Assembly: GCA_022823465.1 (NCBI GenBank) | Contig: JAJEHX010000012.1 | Span: 29,659-93,658 of the forward strand | DNA: 64,000 nt | Origin: Candidatus Latescibacterota bacterium | GTDB lineage: Bacteria > JAAXHH01 | Direction: 5' to 3' | Part shown: piece after piece, positions 47,578-57,320 of the stretch | Position numbering within the stretch: the stretch's first letter is position 1 | Layout of the letters: each line of letters opens with the position of its first letter | The notes under the pieces: generated by a model | Databases searched by the model: none | Seen by the model: only the letters and a program-made list of their open reading frames with translations | What the model was told of the DNA's origin: nothing | Program-made: the position numbers and the translations under genes

Positions 47578-48819
47578 ATGAATGGCCAGCCGATCCGCGT
47601 CGGCGTGGTGGGCGTGGGGCGCGGCAAGAGCTTCGCGCGGAGCGCGTCAGGCGCCGTGGGCATGCAGCTCGTCGCGCTGTGCGACATCTGGGAGGAGCGG
47701 CTGCGCGAACTCGCCGGAGACCTCTCCGTCGCCGCGTACACGGATTACGACGAGTTCCTCGCCCACGACATGGACGCCGTCGTCCTGGCCAACTACTTCA
47801 ACGAACATGCGCCCTTCGCCGTGAAGGCCCTGCGGGCGGGCAAGCACGTCATGAGCGAGACGGCCTCGAACGCCACCCTGGCCGAGGGGGTCGCCCTCTG
47901 CCGCGCGGTGGAGGAGTCCGGCCGGATTTACATGCTGGCCGAGAACTACCCCTACACCGTCTTCAACCAGGAAATGCACCGGCTCTACCGCGCGGGAGAG
48001 ATAGGCGAGGTGACCTACGCCGAGGGGGAGTACAACCACCCCATGGCCCGGGACGACAGCCTGCGGCTCTCACCGGGTTTCGACCACTGGAGGGCGTGGA
48101 TACCTTCCACCTACTACTGCACCCACGCCCTGGCCCCGCTGGTCTGCATCACCGATACGCGGCCGGTCGGCGTCAATGCCCTTTCCATCGCCCGGCCCGA
48201 GCGCACGCTCACCCTCAGGAGGGGAGATCCCGGTTCGGTCATCCTCTGCCGCATGGACAACGGCGCGGTCTTCCGCATCTTCGGGCTCAGTATGCCCGGC
48301 CACAGCAACTGGTACCGCCTGCACGGCGAACGGGGCGCCATGGAGATCACACGGGGACCGGGCTATTTCGGACCGGGGGAGGTGCGGGTGTGGCATGAAC
48401 CGTGGCACCTCCAGCCCGGAGAGGAGGCGGAACGGGTCTACCGGCCCGACTGGCCCGAACACGGCGATCTCGCCCGAGAGGCCGGACACGGCGGCGGCGA
48501 CTTCTGGACGAGCTTCCACTTCGCCCGGGCCATCCGTTCGGGCGAGCAGCCCTTCCTGGACGTCTACCGCGGCGTGGCCATGTCCTCCGTGGGCATTCTG
48601 GCCTGGAAAAGCGCGCTGGAGGACGGGCGACCCTTCGAAGTGCCCGATTTCAGGGACGAAACCGCACGGAAACCCTGGGAAAACGACCACTGGTCGCCCT
48701 GGCCCAAACACGCCGCGCCCGGACAGCCGCCGCCCAGCATTCTGGGCCGCCGCGACCCGGATCCGGAGCACGTCCCATACGCCCGGCGCATATGGAAGGA
48801 TATGGGTTACGAAGGGTAA
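47578..48819 (+). CDS. Gfo/Idh/MocA family oxidoreductase
   Basis: IRVGVVGVG, ALCD, GKHVMSE, AENY, Y.TH, GHGGGD. Confidence 0.9.
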   Translation: MNGQPIRVGVVGVGRGKSFARSASGAVGMQLVALCDIWEERLRELAGDLSVAAYTDYDEFLAHDMDAVVLANYFNEHAPFAVKALRAGKHVMSETASNATLAEGVALCRAVEESGRIYMLAENYPYTVFNQEMHRLYRAGEIGEVTYAEGEYNHPMARDDSLRLSPGFDHWRAWIPSTYYCTHALAPLVCITDTRPVGVNALSIARPERTLTLRRGDPGSVILCRMDNGAVFRIFGLSMPGHSNWYRLHGERGAMEITRGPGYFGPGEVRVWHEPWHLQPGEEAERVYRPDWPEHGDLAREAGHGGGDFWTSFHFARAIRSGEQPFLDVYRGVAMSSVGILAWKSALEDGRPFEVPDFRDETARKPWENDHWSPWPKHAAPGQPPPSILGRRDPDPEHVPYARRIWKDMGYEG

Positions 48820-48826
48820 AAAAGGC

Positions 48827-48855
48827 TTGCGTTACGAGGTCCCGTCCCATATTTT
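48827..48855 (+). promoter_or_regulatory. Probable tRNA promoter
   Basis: TTGCGT-17 bp-TATTTT, 21 bp before the tRNA. Confidence 0.55.
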
Positions 48856-48876
48856 AGGACGGCTTTGGAAGAACGC

Positions 48877-48951
48877 GACCCCATCGTCTAGCCTGGCCAA
48901 GGACACCGCCCTTTCACGGCGGCAACACGGGTTCAAATCCCGTTGGGGTCA
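48877..48951 (+). tRNA. tRNA-Glu (TTC)
   Basis: Acceptor GACCCCA/TGGGGTC; anticodon arm CCGCC-CTTTCAC-GGCGG; T loop GTTCAAATC; CCA not encoded directly after the discriminator. Confidence 0.96.
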
Positions 48952-48975
48952 TACCACACAAGCATAGCGAATTCA

Positions 48976-49006
48976 GGGGGTTGCGCGGACGCGCGACCCC
49001 CCTTTT
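48976..49006 (+). terminator. Intrinsic terminator after the tRNA
   Basis: GGGGGTTGCGC-GGAC-GCGCGACCCCC followed by CTTTT. Confidence 0.8.
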
Positions 49007-49030
49007 GCCGTCCAGGCGGGTCGACCGGAT

Positions 49031-50332
49031 TTAGTGTAAGAACGGAACGGTCCGGATGACTTCGATCGTTCCTAATTCGGTAAATTGCCAGACCGCCACG
49101 AAACCGGTGGCGAGGTCGCCGTTTTCGTCCCAATCCAGAGGCATGGCCGCGCCTTCGTAGTTGACGGCGCCGCCATTGGCCAGGATGTTCAGGCCATTCG
49201 CGATGCTGCCCGCCTCGGCGATAACGAGTTCACCAGGCGGCCGGCCGATGATACGCAATTTGTCGCGGATGGCCGATCCGTCCAGATTGCCTGCCGCCTG
49301 GGCCGCCAGGGCCACGGCCACGGTCGCGTCGTAGGTCTGTTTCACATAAGGGTAGGGCGGGGGATTCCCGTAGGCGCTCTTGTAGGCGTTCTCCCAGGCC
49401 ACCGCCGAAGGTGTATCCTGCGCCGCGCCGGGCGATGTTCCGCGCATGCCGGCGAGGTGCTCCAGACCGATCGATCGGAGCAGGTCCAGGCTGCGGCCGG
49501 TGGGTCCGAAGATGAAGTGCTTGAAGAGCCCCTTGCTCAGGGCCTCGCGGACAATGGCTTCCTGCTGGGGCTGGAAGGCGAGGACGACAAGGGCCTGCGC
49601 CTGGAATTCCTCACCAAGCGTGATCCCCTTGCTTTCATTCAATGCATCCGCAAAGTCGGTTTGGGCGGGATCGACCGCGACCCTGTTCAGCTTGCCGTCC
49701 CAGGTGCCTTCGAAGGCGTCCGCCAGACCCCGGCCCCAGACGTCGTCGCGGTAGATCATGCCCACGTTGCCGAAACCCAGCTCAAGGGTGATCTTCGCGA
49801 GCACCGGTCCCTGATCATGATCGGACAGGGTCGTGCGGAACAGGAAATCGTTATCCATTGCGTCCGTGAGCGAGGGCGAAGAAGAAGCGGGCGAAATCAC
49901 GGGAATACCCGCTTCGGCGGTCACGTTCTCTACGATGGCAAGCGTCGAAGAACTCGCCCAGGCTCCCACGATGGCGTGGACGCCTCTGTCTTCGACCAGG
50001 TCCATTGCTTCGGCCACCGCCGTTTCGGCGTCCAGTTCCGTATCGGCCACCACGCCCACGACCGGCTCGCCCAGCACCCCCACCTCGTTGATATGCTCGA
50101 TCGCCATTTCGAATCCCCGCCGCATGGGTATGCCATGTTCCGATCCGCCTCCCGACAGATCGATCAGCAAGCCGATTTTAAGCGCGGGTTTCTCGACCGG
50201 CTCCGGTGGCTCAGTCGGCTCGGGAGCTACCGGGTCCTTCTTGCCGCACGCCATCGTTACCGCCAGCAACAGGCCGATCGCCACCCATGATCCCGTAGAG
50301 AAGAACGTTCCTCGCATTTTACGCATCTTCAT
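49031..50332 (-). CDS. LIV-type (Peripla_BP_6) ABC substrate-binding lipoprotein, orphan
   Basis: TMAC lipobox; KIGLL.DLSG, AIVGA..SS, ISPASSSP.LT, FLFRT, YDA. Confidence 0.9.
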   Translation of the reverse strand: MKMRKMRGTFFSTGSWVAIGLLLAVTMACGKKDPVAPEPTEPPEPVEKPALKIGLLIDLSGGGSEHGIPMRRGFEMAIEHINEVGVLGEPVVGVVADTELDAETAVAEAMDLVEDRGVHAIVGAWASSSTLAIVENVTAEAGIPVISPASSSPSLTDAMDNDFLFRTTLSDHDQGPVLAKITLELGFGNVGMIYRDDVWGRGLADAFEGTWDGKLNRVAVDPAQTDFADALNESKGITLGEEFQAQALVVLAFQPQQEAIVREALSKGLFKHFIFGPTGRSLDLLRSIGLEHLAGMRGTSPGAAQDTPSAVAWENAYKSAYGNPPPYPYVKQTYDATVAVALAAQAAGNLDGSAIRDKLRIIGRPPGELVIAEAGSIANGLNILANGGAVNYEGAAMPLDWDENGDLATGFVAVWQFTELGTIEVIRTVPFLH

Positions 50333-50527
50333 GCCTCCTGCTCAACACGGCCCATCGTCAACCAGGTCCGATTCCGGGCTGCGGATTCGTGACAGATGTA
50401 GATATACAGCGTACCGCCTGCCCTGTCATCTCTTTTCTTATCTGTCGCGCAGACAACGACTTGGACGCGCATCGCCCCTGGGTGAATTGCCTTGCCGCTC
50501 CGCTCCTGCAAAAGTACATTACGGGCT

Positions 50528-51913
50528 ATGCCCGACCATACTGCCGTTTCCCCGAAACCGGCCGACGAGGAGGTCCCGCCTTCCCAGGTTCTCCGCCACG
50601 TCTGGGCCATTGCCTGGCCCGTCGTCGTCGCTTCGCTGATCGACGCCACCGAAGGTCTTGTAGACATATACTTCGTGGGATTCCTGGGCCCCGCGGCGAT
50701 TTCCGCCATCGGCATGAGCCGGCAGATCGTGTTCATCGTCATGGTCATGGCCATCTCGATTACGGGCGGCACGCGCACGCTGGTAGCCCAGTACTACGGG
50801 GCGGGCAGGCACGGCGACGTAAGCCGGACAGGTCAGCAGGCGATCCTGATGGGCACGTATCTGTCCCTCGGTCTCGCAGTCGTCAGTCTCGTGCTCACCC
50901 GGCCCGCGCTGGTCCTCCTCGGCGCCCCCGAAGAAGTGCTTACCCATGGCATCCTCTTCCTGAGACTCTACTTCGCCGGGATGATCTTCATGATCCTGAA
51001 TTACGTCATGAGCGCCATCTTCGGAGGAGTCGGCGATACCCGCACCCCGCTTAAAATATCCGTTATCGTCATTATCGTGAAATGCGCGATCTCATACGGA
51101 TTCATCTTCGGCGCCTGGGGACTGCCCGCGCTGGGCGTGGCCGGCGCGGCCGTGGGGATGATCGTCTCCCGTCTGGCCGGGTGCGTAATCGGTCTCGCGA
51201 TCCTCGTCCGGGGACACGGACAGGTGCGTCTTTCCCGTAACTGGCGCGTTAAACCGGACTGGAGCATCATGTCCCGCATGCTCGATATCGGCCTGCCTTC
51301 CGGCGCGTCCGGCTTCTTCCGAAACGGCGCGCGCGTGCTCCTATATCGCGTGGTATCGGGGGTCAGCCGCCCGACGGCCGCCATCGCGGCCCTGACCATG
51401 GGGTTTCAGATCCGGCTCTTCGCGATCATGCCCGCCCTGGCCTTCTCGGTCGCGGCGACCTCCCTGGTCGGGCAGAGACTGGGCGGCCGCCAGGTCCGGT
51501 CAGCCGAACAGTACGGGGGACAGACCATCCTGCTCTGCATGGTCCTGATCGCGGCGGGCTCGGCACTGATCTGGCTGTTCGCCAGCGCGATCTCGGCCGT
51601 TTTCACGACGGATGAAACGGTCCTCGAAATCAGTTCCGTCATGTTGCGGTTCTTCGCCATCGCCCAGGTTTTTTCCGCGCTGTCCATTGTGGCCAGCGGC
51701 GTGCTGGCTGGCGGCGGCGAGACCCGCCCGTCCCTCTACTATACCCTCGTCTCCCAGTGGGGCATCATGCTGGTGTTCGCCTACGTCCTGGCCTTCCCCC
51801 TCGGACTGGACGTGACGGGCATCTGGATCGCCTGGCTTGCCGCGGCCGTATTGCAGGGCCTGCTCACCCTGAGGCGCTTCTTCAAGGGAACCTGGAAAAG
51901 AGCGGTGGTCTGA
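50528..51913 (+). CDS. MATE family efflux transporter
   Basis: AWP, D..FVG.LG, AQYYGA, GDTRTP, LGVAGAA, GQRLG; about 12 TM helices. Confidence 0.92.
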   Translation: MPDHTAVSPKPADEEVPPSQVLRHVWAIAWPVVVASLIDATEGLVDIYFVGFLGPAAISAIGMSRQIVFIVMVMAISITGGTRTLVAQYYGAGRHGDVSRTGQQAILMGTYLSLGLAVVSLVLTRPALVLLGAPEEVLTHGILFLRLYFAGMIFMILNYVMSAIFGGVGDTRTPLKISVIVIIVKCAISYGFIFGAWGLPALGVAGAAVGMIVSRLAGCVIGLAILVRGHGQVRLSRNWRVKPDWSIMSRMLDIGLPSGASGFFRNGARVLLYRVVSGVSRPTAAIAALTMGFQIRLFAIMPALAFSVAATSLVGQRLGGRQVRSAEQYGGQTILLCMVLIAAGSALIWLFASAISAVFTTDETVLEISSVMLRFFAIAQVFSALSIVASGVLAGGGETRPSLYYTLVSQWGIMLVFAYVLAFPLGLDVTGIWIAWLAAAVLQGLLTLRRFFKGTWKRAVV

Positions 51914-51987
51914 CGGAGAGACTGCAATGCCAGGGGACGTGGACCGGAGACCTGGAGGGCAGTGCATCGACTATCCCGGGATCAGGC

Positions 51988-52641
51988 CTATTCGCGGAGT
52001 GTCCGGATGCCTTCGGCAATGCCATCCGGATGCTTGAACACGGCCGTGGCCGCCACCAGGACGTTCACGCCCGCCGACACGGCGGCCGGCGCGGTATCGG
52101 CGTTCACGCCGCCGTCCACCTCCAGGTCGCAGTCGATTCCCCGGTCTGATATTGTCTCGCGGACGCGGCGGATCTTCGGCAGTACGGATTCGATGAACCG
52201 CTGTCCCGAGAACCCCGGGTTGACGGACATGACCAGGACGAGATCGAGATCGTCGACGATCCCGTCGATGACCTGGGCGGGCGTGGCCGGGTTCAGGGCG
52301 ACCCCGGCCTGCTTTCCCCGTTCCCTGACGGACTGCACCACGCGGTGAAGATGGGTCGTGTTCTCCTGGTGCACGATGATCACGTCCGCCCCGGCATCCA
52401 TGAAGACATCGATATACCGGTCCGGCTCCTCGATCATCAGGTGGGCTTCCAGCGGCAGGTCCGTCAGCGAGTCGATGGCCTCGACGATGAAGGGGCCCAT
52501 GGATATATTCGGTACGAACCGGCCATCCATCACATCGATATGTATCCGGTCCGCGCCCGCGCTTTCCACGGCGCGGACTTCTTCGGCCAGGCGGGTAAAG
52601 TCCGCGGACAGGATGGATGGAGCGATCTGGATCATGGTCAT
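51988..52641 (-). CDS. rpe: Ribulose-phosphate 3-epimerase
   Basis: APSILSADF, HIDVMDG.FVPN, HLMI, MSVNPGF.GQ, EVDGG. Confidence 0.97.
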   Translation of the reverse strand: MTMIQIAPSILSADFTRLAEEVRAVESAGADRIHIDVMDGRFVPNISMGPFIVEAIDSLTDLPLEAHLMIEEPDRYIDVFMDAGADVIIVHQENTTHLHRVVQSVRERGKQAGVALNPATPAQVIDGIVDDLDLVLVMSVNPGFSGQRFIESVLPKIRRVRETISDRGIDCDLEVDGGVNADTAPAAVSAGVNVLVAATAVFKHPDGIAEGIRTLRE

Positions 52642-53666
52642 CCCCCGTTTTTGTTCTGTTCCACGTGACCGCCGAACTGGTGGCGCAGGGCCGAAAGCAC
52701 CCGCATGGCGTAGGAGTTTTCCTGCCGCGACTGGAACCGCGTGAAGAGCGAGGCCGTGAGCACGTGGGCGGGCACGTCTTCCTCGATGGCCGTCTGCACC
52801 GTCCAACGTCCCTCTCCCGAGTCCTGCACGTAACCGGAATAGGCGGACAGGTCCCGGTCTTCCCGCAGGGCGATTTCGAGGAGGTCCAGCAGCCAGGAAC
52901 TGACCACGCTTCCGTGTCGCCAGACTTCGGCTATGTCGTGCAGGTCCAGGTCGTATCGATGGCGCGGGTCCACACGGTCGGAGCCGGACTCGCGGAGGAT
53001 TTCAAGCCCCTCGGCGAAGGCCTGCATCATGCCGTATTCGATCCCGTTGTGGATCATCTTCACGAAGTGCCCCGCGCCGGCGGGTCCCACGTGCACGTAG
53101 CCCTTGGGCGCCGTCGACCGGGGCGCCTCGCTCGTCTCTGAAGGGTCGTGCGCATCCGAACCCGGTGCGTCGCGCCCCTGCACCGCGCCGGCCTTCCCGG
53201 GCCCGGGGGCCAGCGTCTCGAACAGCGGATCCAGGCGTTCAACGATCTCGGCGGGGCCGCCAATGGTCATGCAATAACCTCTGTCGAGGCCCCATACACC
53301 GCCGCTGGTGCCCACGTCGACGTAGTGCAGATGTCCGGCGGCCAGTTTCTCCGCACGGGCGACGTCGTCCTTGAACCAGGTGTTTCCGCCGTCGATGACG
53401 GTGTCGCCCGGAGACAGCAGTCCGGCCAGTTCGGCAATGGCCTTCTCGGTGGCGTCGCCGGCCGGTACCATGACCCAGACCGTGCGAGGCGCTTCGAGAC
53501 CGGCCACGAGGTCATCCAGGGTCGAGGAACCGACGGCCCCCGCCTTTACCGCCGCGCCGACCGCTTCACTGTCGCGGTCGTAGACGATGACCTCGTGACC
53601 GCCCCGCAACAGCCGCTGGGTCATGTTGCCGCCCATCCGGCCGAGTCCGACCATGCCCAGCTGCAT
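52638..53666 (-). CDS. gnd: 6-phosphogluconate dehydrogenase (short, GntZ/YqeC type)
   Basis: GLGRMG, MVPAG, DGGN, GTSGG, GHFVKMIHNGIEY, DSGEGRW, FGGH. Confidence 0.95.
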   Translation of the reverse strand: MQLGMVGLGRMGGNMTQRLLRGGHEVIVYDRDSEAVGAAVKAGAVGSSTLDDLVAGLEAPRTVWVMVPAGDATEKAIAELAGLLSPGDTVIDGGNTWFKDDVARAEKLAAGHLHYVDVGTSGGVWGLDRGYCMTIGGPAEIVERLDPLFETLAPGPGKAGAVQGRDAPGSDAHDPSETSEAPRSTAPKGYVHVGPAGAGHFVKMIHNGIEYGMMQAFAEGLEILRESGSDRVDPRHRYDLDLHDIAEVWRHGSVVSSWLLDLLEIALREDRDLSAYSGYVQDSGEGRWTVQTAIEEDVPAHVLTASLFTRFQSRQENSYAMRVLSALRHQFGGHVEQNKNGG

Positions 53667-53754
53667 GCATTCCTCCCCGGACGCAAGCGAATGCGCGTCC
53701 GGCCGGTGAATCTCACTGTTCACCGGTTTCTCCGGCCGCGATGCCAGTCGGAAA

Positions 53755-54882
53755 TCAGGCCGGCTGCAATCGTTTCTGTTCGATAGCGTCGATCAGTTTC
53801 ACGAAGGGGTCTACGAATTTCTTCACCCCTTCTTCGACGAGTTGGTCCGCGACCCGGTTCATCGAAATCCCGGCGCGCTCGACGTCGGCCATGACTGCCA
53901 AGGCGTCGCCGATATCCGCCTCCAGCGTATCGGAGAGGCGCCCGTGATCGCGGAAGGCGTTCAGCGTTTCATCGGGCAACGTATTGATGGTATCCCGGCC
54001 GATCAGCTCTTCCACGTACAGCACGTCCCGGTAGTCCGGGTTCTTGGTACTGGTACTGGCCCAAAGAAGCCGCTGGGTCCTGGCGCCCTTCCGCGCCAGC
54101 GACTTCCAGCGCGGAGTCGCGTACAGCGCCTTGTATCGCCGATAGGCCGTCTTCCCGTTGGCGATAGCGGCTTTTCCGACCAGGGCCATGAGCCTGGCAC
54201 GCTCCGCCGGATCGGCTGACTGCGCCGCGCGTTCCGTCAGCAAAGCGTCTACCAGCGTGTCTATCCTGCTGATAAAGAAACTGGCCACGCTGGCGATCCC
54301 GCTGATCTCACCTCCGGCCGCGTGCCGGTCTTCCAGGCCGCCGATAAAGGCTTCGGCCACTTCGGCGTACACGTCGCTTGAAAACAGCAGCGTCACGTTG
54401 ACGTTCAACCCCTCGCCGATCAGTTGCCGTACGGCCGGAATGCCCGCCCGGGTCGCTGGCACCTTGATCATGACGTTCCCGCGGTCCACGGACTTCCACA
54501 GCCGCCTGGCTTCCTCGATGGTGCCGGCGGTGTCGTCCGCCAGTTCCGGGGACACCTCCAGGCTCACGTGACCGTCGGCGCCCTCGGTGGATGCGTAGAC
54601 CGCAGCCAGCAGATCCGCGGCCTCCCGGATATCCGAAATCGCCAGCGCTTCGTAGATTTCCACGGCGTTCCGATCCTGCGCCGCCATACGCCCGATGTCG
54701 GCGTCGTAATCCGTACTGCCGGTGATGGCTTTTTCAAAAATGGCCGGATTCGAGGTCATCCCTTTCAATCCGTCTTCCTCGATCAACCTCCTCAACCGGC
54801 CCGAAGAGATCAGTTCACGGCTGATGTTGTCCAGCCAGAAACTCTGGCCGTGTCGTGCGAGTTGGATGAGCGGGTTTGCCAT
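53755..54882 (-). CDS. tal: Transaldolase
   Basis: GQSFWLD, TSNPAIF, VSLEV, MIKVPAT, NVTLLFS, ASFFISR, WASTSTK. Confidence 0.96.
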   Translation of the reverse strand: MANPLIQLARHGQSFWLDNISRELISSGRLRRLIEEDGLKGMTSNPAIFEKAITGSTDYDADIGRMAAQDRNAVEIYEALAISDIREAADLLAAVYASTEGADGHVSLEVSPELADDTAGTIEEARRLWKSVDRGNVMIKVPATRAGIPAVRQLIGEGLNVNVTLLFSSDVYAEVAEAFIGGLEDRHAAGGEISGIASVASFFISRIDTLVDALLTERAAQSADPAERARLMALVGKAAIANGKTAYRRYKALYATPRWKSLARKGARTQRLLWASTSTKNPDYRDVLYVEELIGRDTINTLPDETLNAFRDHGRLSDTLEADIGDALAVMADVERAGISMNRVADQLVEEGVKKFVDPFVKLIDAIEQKRLQPA

Positions 54883-54924
54883 GGAGGATTCCTTATGTGC
54901 GTGTGCGCCGGGCAGCGGCGTGTA

Positions 54925-54994
54925 CGCGTGGTTCGTTCCGGCTCGTGAGCACGCGGTTCATTGCGGCTCATGAGCGCGTGGTTCGTTTCGGACC
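54925..54994. repeat. 25-bp imperfect tandem repeat x2.8 upstream of tal
   Basis: CGCGTGGTTCGTTCCGGCTCGTGAG / CACGCGGTTCATTGCGGCTCATGAG / CGCGTGGTTCGTTTCGGACC. Confidence 0.8.
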
Positions 54995-55018
54995 TTGCTG
55001 CGCGTTCGAGCCGGGGAG

Positions 55019-55981
55019 TCAAGGTGTCAGGACGATTTTTCCATAAGCGCCCGGTTCCATCACGGCGACATGGGCCTGTGCCGCGTCGGCCAGGGGAAAC
55101 TCCGTTCCCACCACCGGGTTGAGCGTACCGTTTTCCAGTCCGGCGTGCAACCCGGCATGGATGGCGGCGAGGTCCTCCGGCGAGGCCAGCAGCAGGACCA
55201 TGCCCAGGATGCTGGCGTCACGCGCCATGGCGTCCCGGGGATTGATCTCGATGACGCCCCGGTTGCCAATGACGACCACGCGTCCGCCGTAGGCCAGCAT
55301 ATTCAGGTCCTTGTCCAGGTTGACGTTGGCCAGCATTTCCATGATCACGTCTACGCCCAGGCCACCGGTGAGATCCATGATCTGTTCCGTGTAGTCGGCG
55401 TCATGGTGGTTGACCACGTAATGGGCGCCCTGTTCGGCCACCAGGGCCGCGCCCCGCTCCGAACCGGCGGTGCCAATGACGGTCATGCCGGCGGCCCGCG
55501 CGAGCTGCACGGCCGCGATGCCCACGCCGCCGCTGGCGCCGTGAACGAGCAACGTCTCGCCGGCCCGGCCCTCCGCGCGCTGGAATAGGCCGCGCCATGC
55601 CGTCGCGTAAGGGATGTATACCCCCGCGCCTTGCTTGAAGGAAACGTTATCGGGCAGTGGTTGCACCTGGCTTGCGGAGCACAGGGCGTGGGACGCGTAA
55701 GAGCCGGTCAGCGTACCGGCCAGGTATACGCGGTCGCCCACCGACACATGGGCCGTTTCGTCGCCGACGGCGGCGACGGTACCGGCGCCGTCCATGCCCG
55801 GCGTGAAGGGCAGGTCGGGTTTCATGGCATAGGTCCCCGCGCGGATATAGGTGTCCACCGGGTTCACGCCGGCGGCCCGCATGTCCACCAGGATCTGCCC
55901 GCCGCCTACCCGGAGTTCCGCGCAGGTTTCGAGCTTCATTACGCCGGGTTCGCCGAACTCGTGAATTCTAATTGCTTCCAT
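55019..55981 (-). CDS. qor: NADPH:quinone reductase (zeta-crystallin like)
   Basis: GVNPVD, PFTPG.DGAG, LVHGASGGVG, GKIVL. Confidence 0.92.
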   Translation of the reverse strand: MEAIRIHEFGEPGVMKLETCAELRVGGGQILVDMRAAGVNPVDTYIRAGTYAMKPDLPFTPGMDGAGTVAAVGDETAHVSVGDRVYLAGTLTGSYASHALCSASQVQPLPDNVSFKQGAGVYIPYATAWRGLFQRAEGRAGETLLVHGASGGVGIAAVQLARAAGMTVIGTAGSERGAALVAEQGAHYVVNHHDADYTEQIMDLTGGLGVDVIMEMLANVNLDKDLNMLAYGGRVVVIGNRGVIEINPRDAMARDASILGMVLLLASPEDLAAIHAGLHAGLENGTLNPVVGTEFPLADAAQAHVAVMEPGAYGKIVLTP

Positions 55982-56002
55982 ATACGTCTCCTCAATTCAG
56001 AA

Positions 56003-57316
56003 TCAGCCGCAGAGTCTTTCGATCACTTCGTAGAGAATCCGCGGACCCCGTTCCATGTTTTCCACGGAGATGCGTTCGTCGTTGCCGTGGATTCGGCGAA
56101 GTTCGTCGTCGATCAGCAGAAAGGGCATGAAGCCGTAGCAATGAATCCCCAGGTCGCGGAAGTAATGGCTGTCCGTGAAGCCCGAGAGCATGTTCGGCAC
56201 GACCTCCACGTGGGCATGGTACCGGGAGACGACCTCCCTTACGGCGTCCACGAGAGGAGAATCGAAGGGCGATGACGAATTGCCGAAGTTCAGCATCGTT
56301 TCCATCTCGATCCTGTCGTCGTCGACCACCCTTTTCAGTTCCCGAATGAAGTCTTCCGGTCTTTCTCCCGGCAGCAGCCTGCAGTCCAACTCGGCCGTCG
56401 CCGCCTGAGGTATGATATTGATTTTCTCGCTACCCTGCAACATGGTTATCGAGATGGTGTTCCGGAGCATCGCCGCGTGATGCTGGTTCCGGAGCAGGTC
56501 GGCGAGGAACCCCTTGTCCCGGACGGAATCGCGGATGCGTTTGAAGCGATTGCGGTTTTGGCCTTTCTGCAGATGCGCGATGCCTTCGAAGTAGCACGCG
56601 GCGGCGTCTGTCACTTTTACCGGCGGCGTGTATTTCATGATGGCGTTCAGGGCCCGGATGAGCCGGTTCACGGCGGATTGGGGCTTGGGGCGGGAGCCAT
56701 GGCCGGGTTCGCCGCGGGCGATCAGGCGTATCCAGCAGGGCGATTTCTCGGTGATGTCGATGGAATAGACGGCCTTTCCGTTCTCCAGGCGCCCCTTGCC
56801 GCTTTCGTTTATCAGGAACTCCGCGTCCGAGACGAGCTCCGGACGGATATGGGTAATCCAGCGGGCTCCGGCCGATCCGCCGGCCTCCTCATCTGCGGTG
56901 ACGAGCAGGATCACGTCCCGCTTCAGCGGAAAGCGGTTCCGGTGCAGTGCGAGAAACACCACCAGCTCCGCGATGCCCAGGTTCTTCATGTCGAGGGCGC
57001 CCCGCCCCCAGACGTAGCCGTCGCGGACCAGGCCGTCGAATGGATCGACCGTCCAGTACGCGCGGTCGGCGGGAACCACGTCGCTGTGACTCAGCAGCAC
57101 CACGGCCCGCTTCGAACCGTCCCCTTCCAGCCTCGCGTAGAGGTTGGAGCGTCCCGGGGCGGATTCGTACACCTGGCAGTCGATGCCCTCTTCGGAGAGG
57201 ATGCGGCTGAGGAAGGCAGTCGCGCGATCTTCGTTTCCGGGGGGATTCGTCGTGTCGATCCGCAAGTATTCGCTCAGCAGTTGAACGGCTTCCCGTCCCA
57301 ATGCGTTCCAGTCCAA
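56003..57316 (-). CDS. M20/M25/M40 family peptidase / aminoacylase
   Basis: DTTNPPGNE, HSDVVP, GRGALDMK, DEE, GHGS, HGNDE. Confidence 0.92.
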   Translation of the reverse strand: MDWNALGREAVQLLSEYLRIDTTNPPGNEDRATAFLSRILSEEGIDCQVYESAPGRSNLYARLEGDGSKRAVVLLSHSDVVPADRAYWTVDPFDGLVRDGYVWGRGALDMKNLGIAELVVFLALHRNRFPLKRDVILLVTADEEAGGSAGARWITHIRPELVSDAEFLINESGKGRLENGKAVYSIDITEKSPCWIRLIARGEPGHGSRPKPQSAVNRLIRALNAIMKYTPPVKVTDAAACYFEGIAHLQKGQNRNRFKRIRDSVRDKGFLADLLRNQHHAAMLRNTISITMLQGSEKINIIPQAATAELDCRLLPGERPEDFIRELKRVVDDDRIEMETMLNFGNSSSPFDSPLVDAVREVVSRYHAHVEVVPNMLSGFTDSHYFRDLGIHCYGFMPFLLIDDELRRIHGNDERISVENMERGPRILYEVIERLCG

Positions 57317-57320
57317 TGAA

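Noticed and set aside
48877-49030. tRNA-Glu as an integration site for an island
   Set aside because: No integrase, no duplicated tRNA 3' end seen in the window, and the flanking genes look native.
54925-54994. Mini CRISPR array
   Set aside because: Repeats are contiguous without spacers and there are no cas genes.
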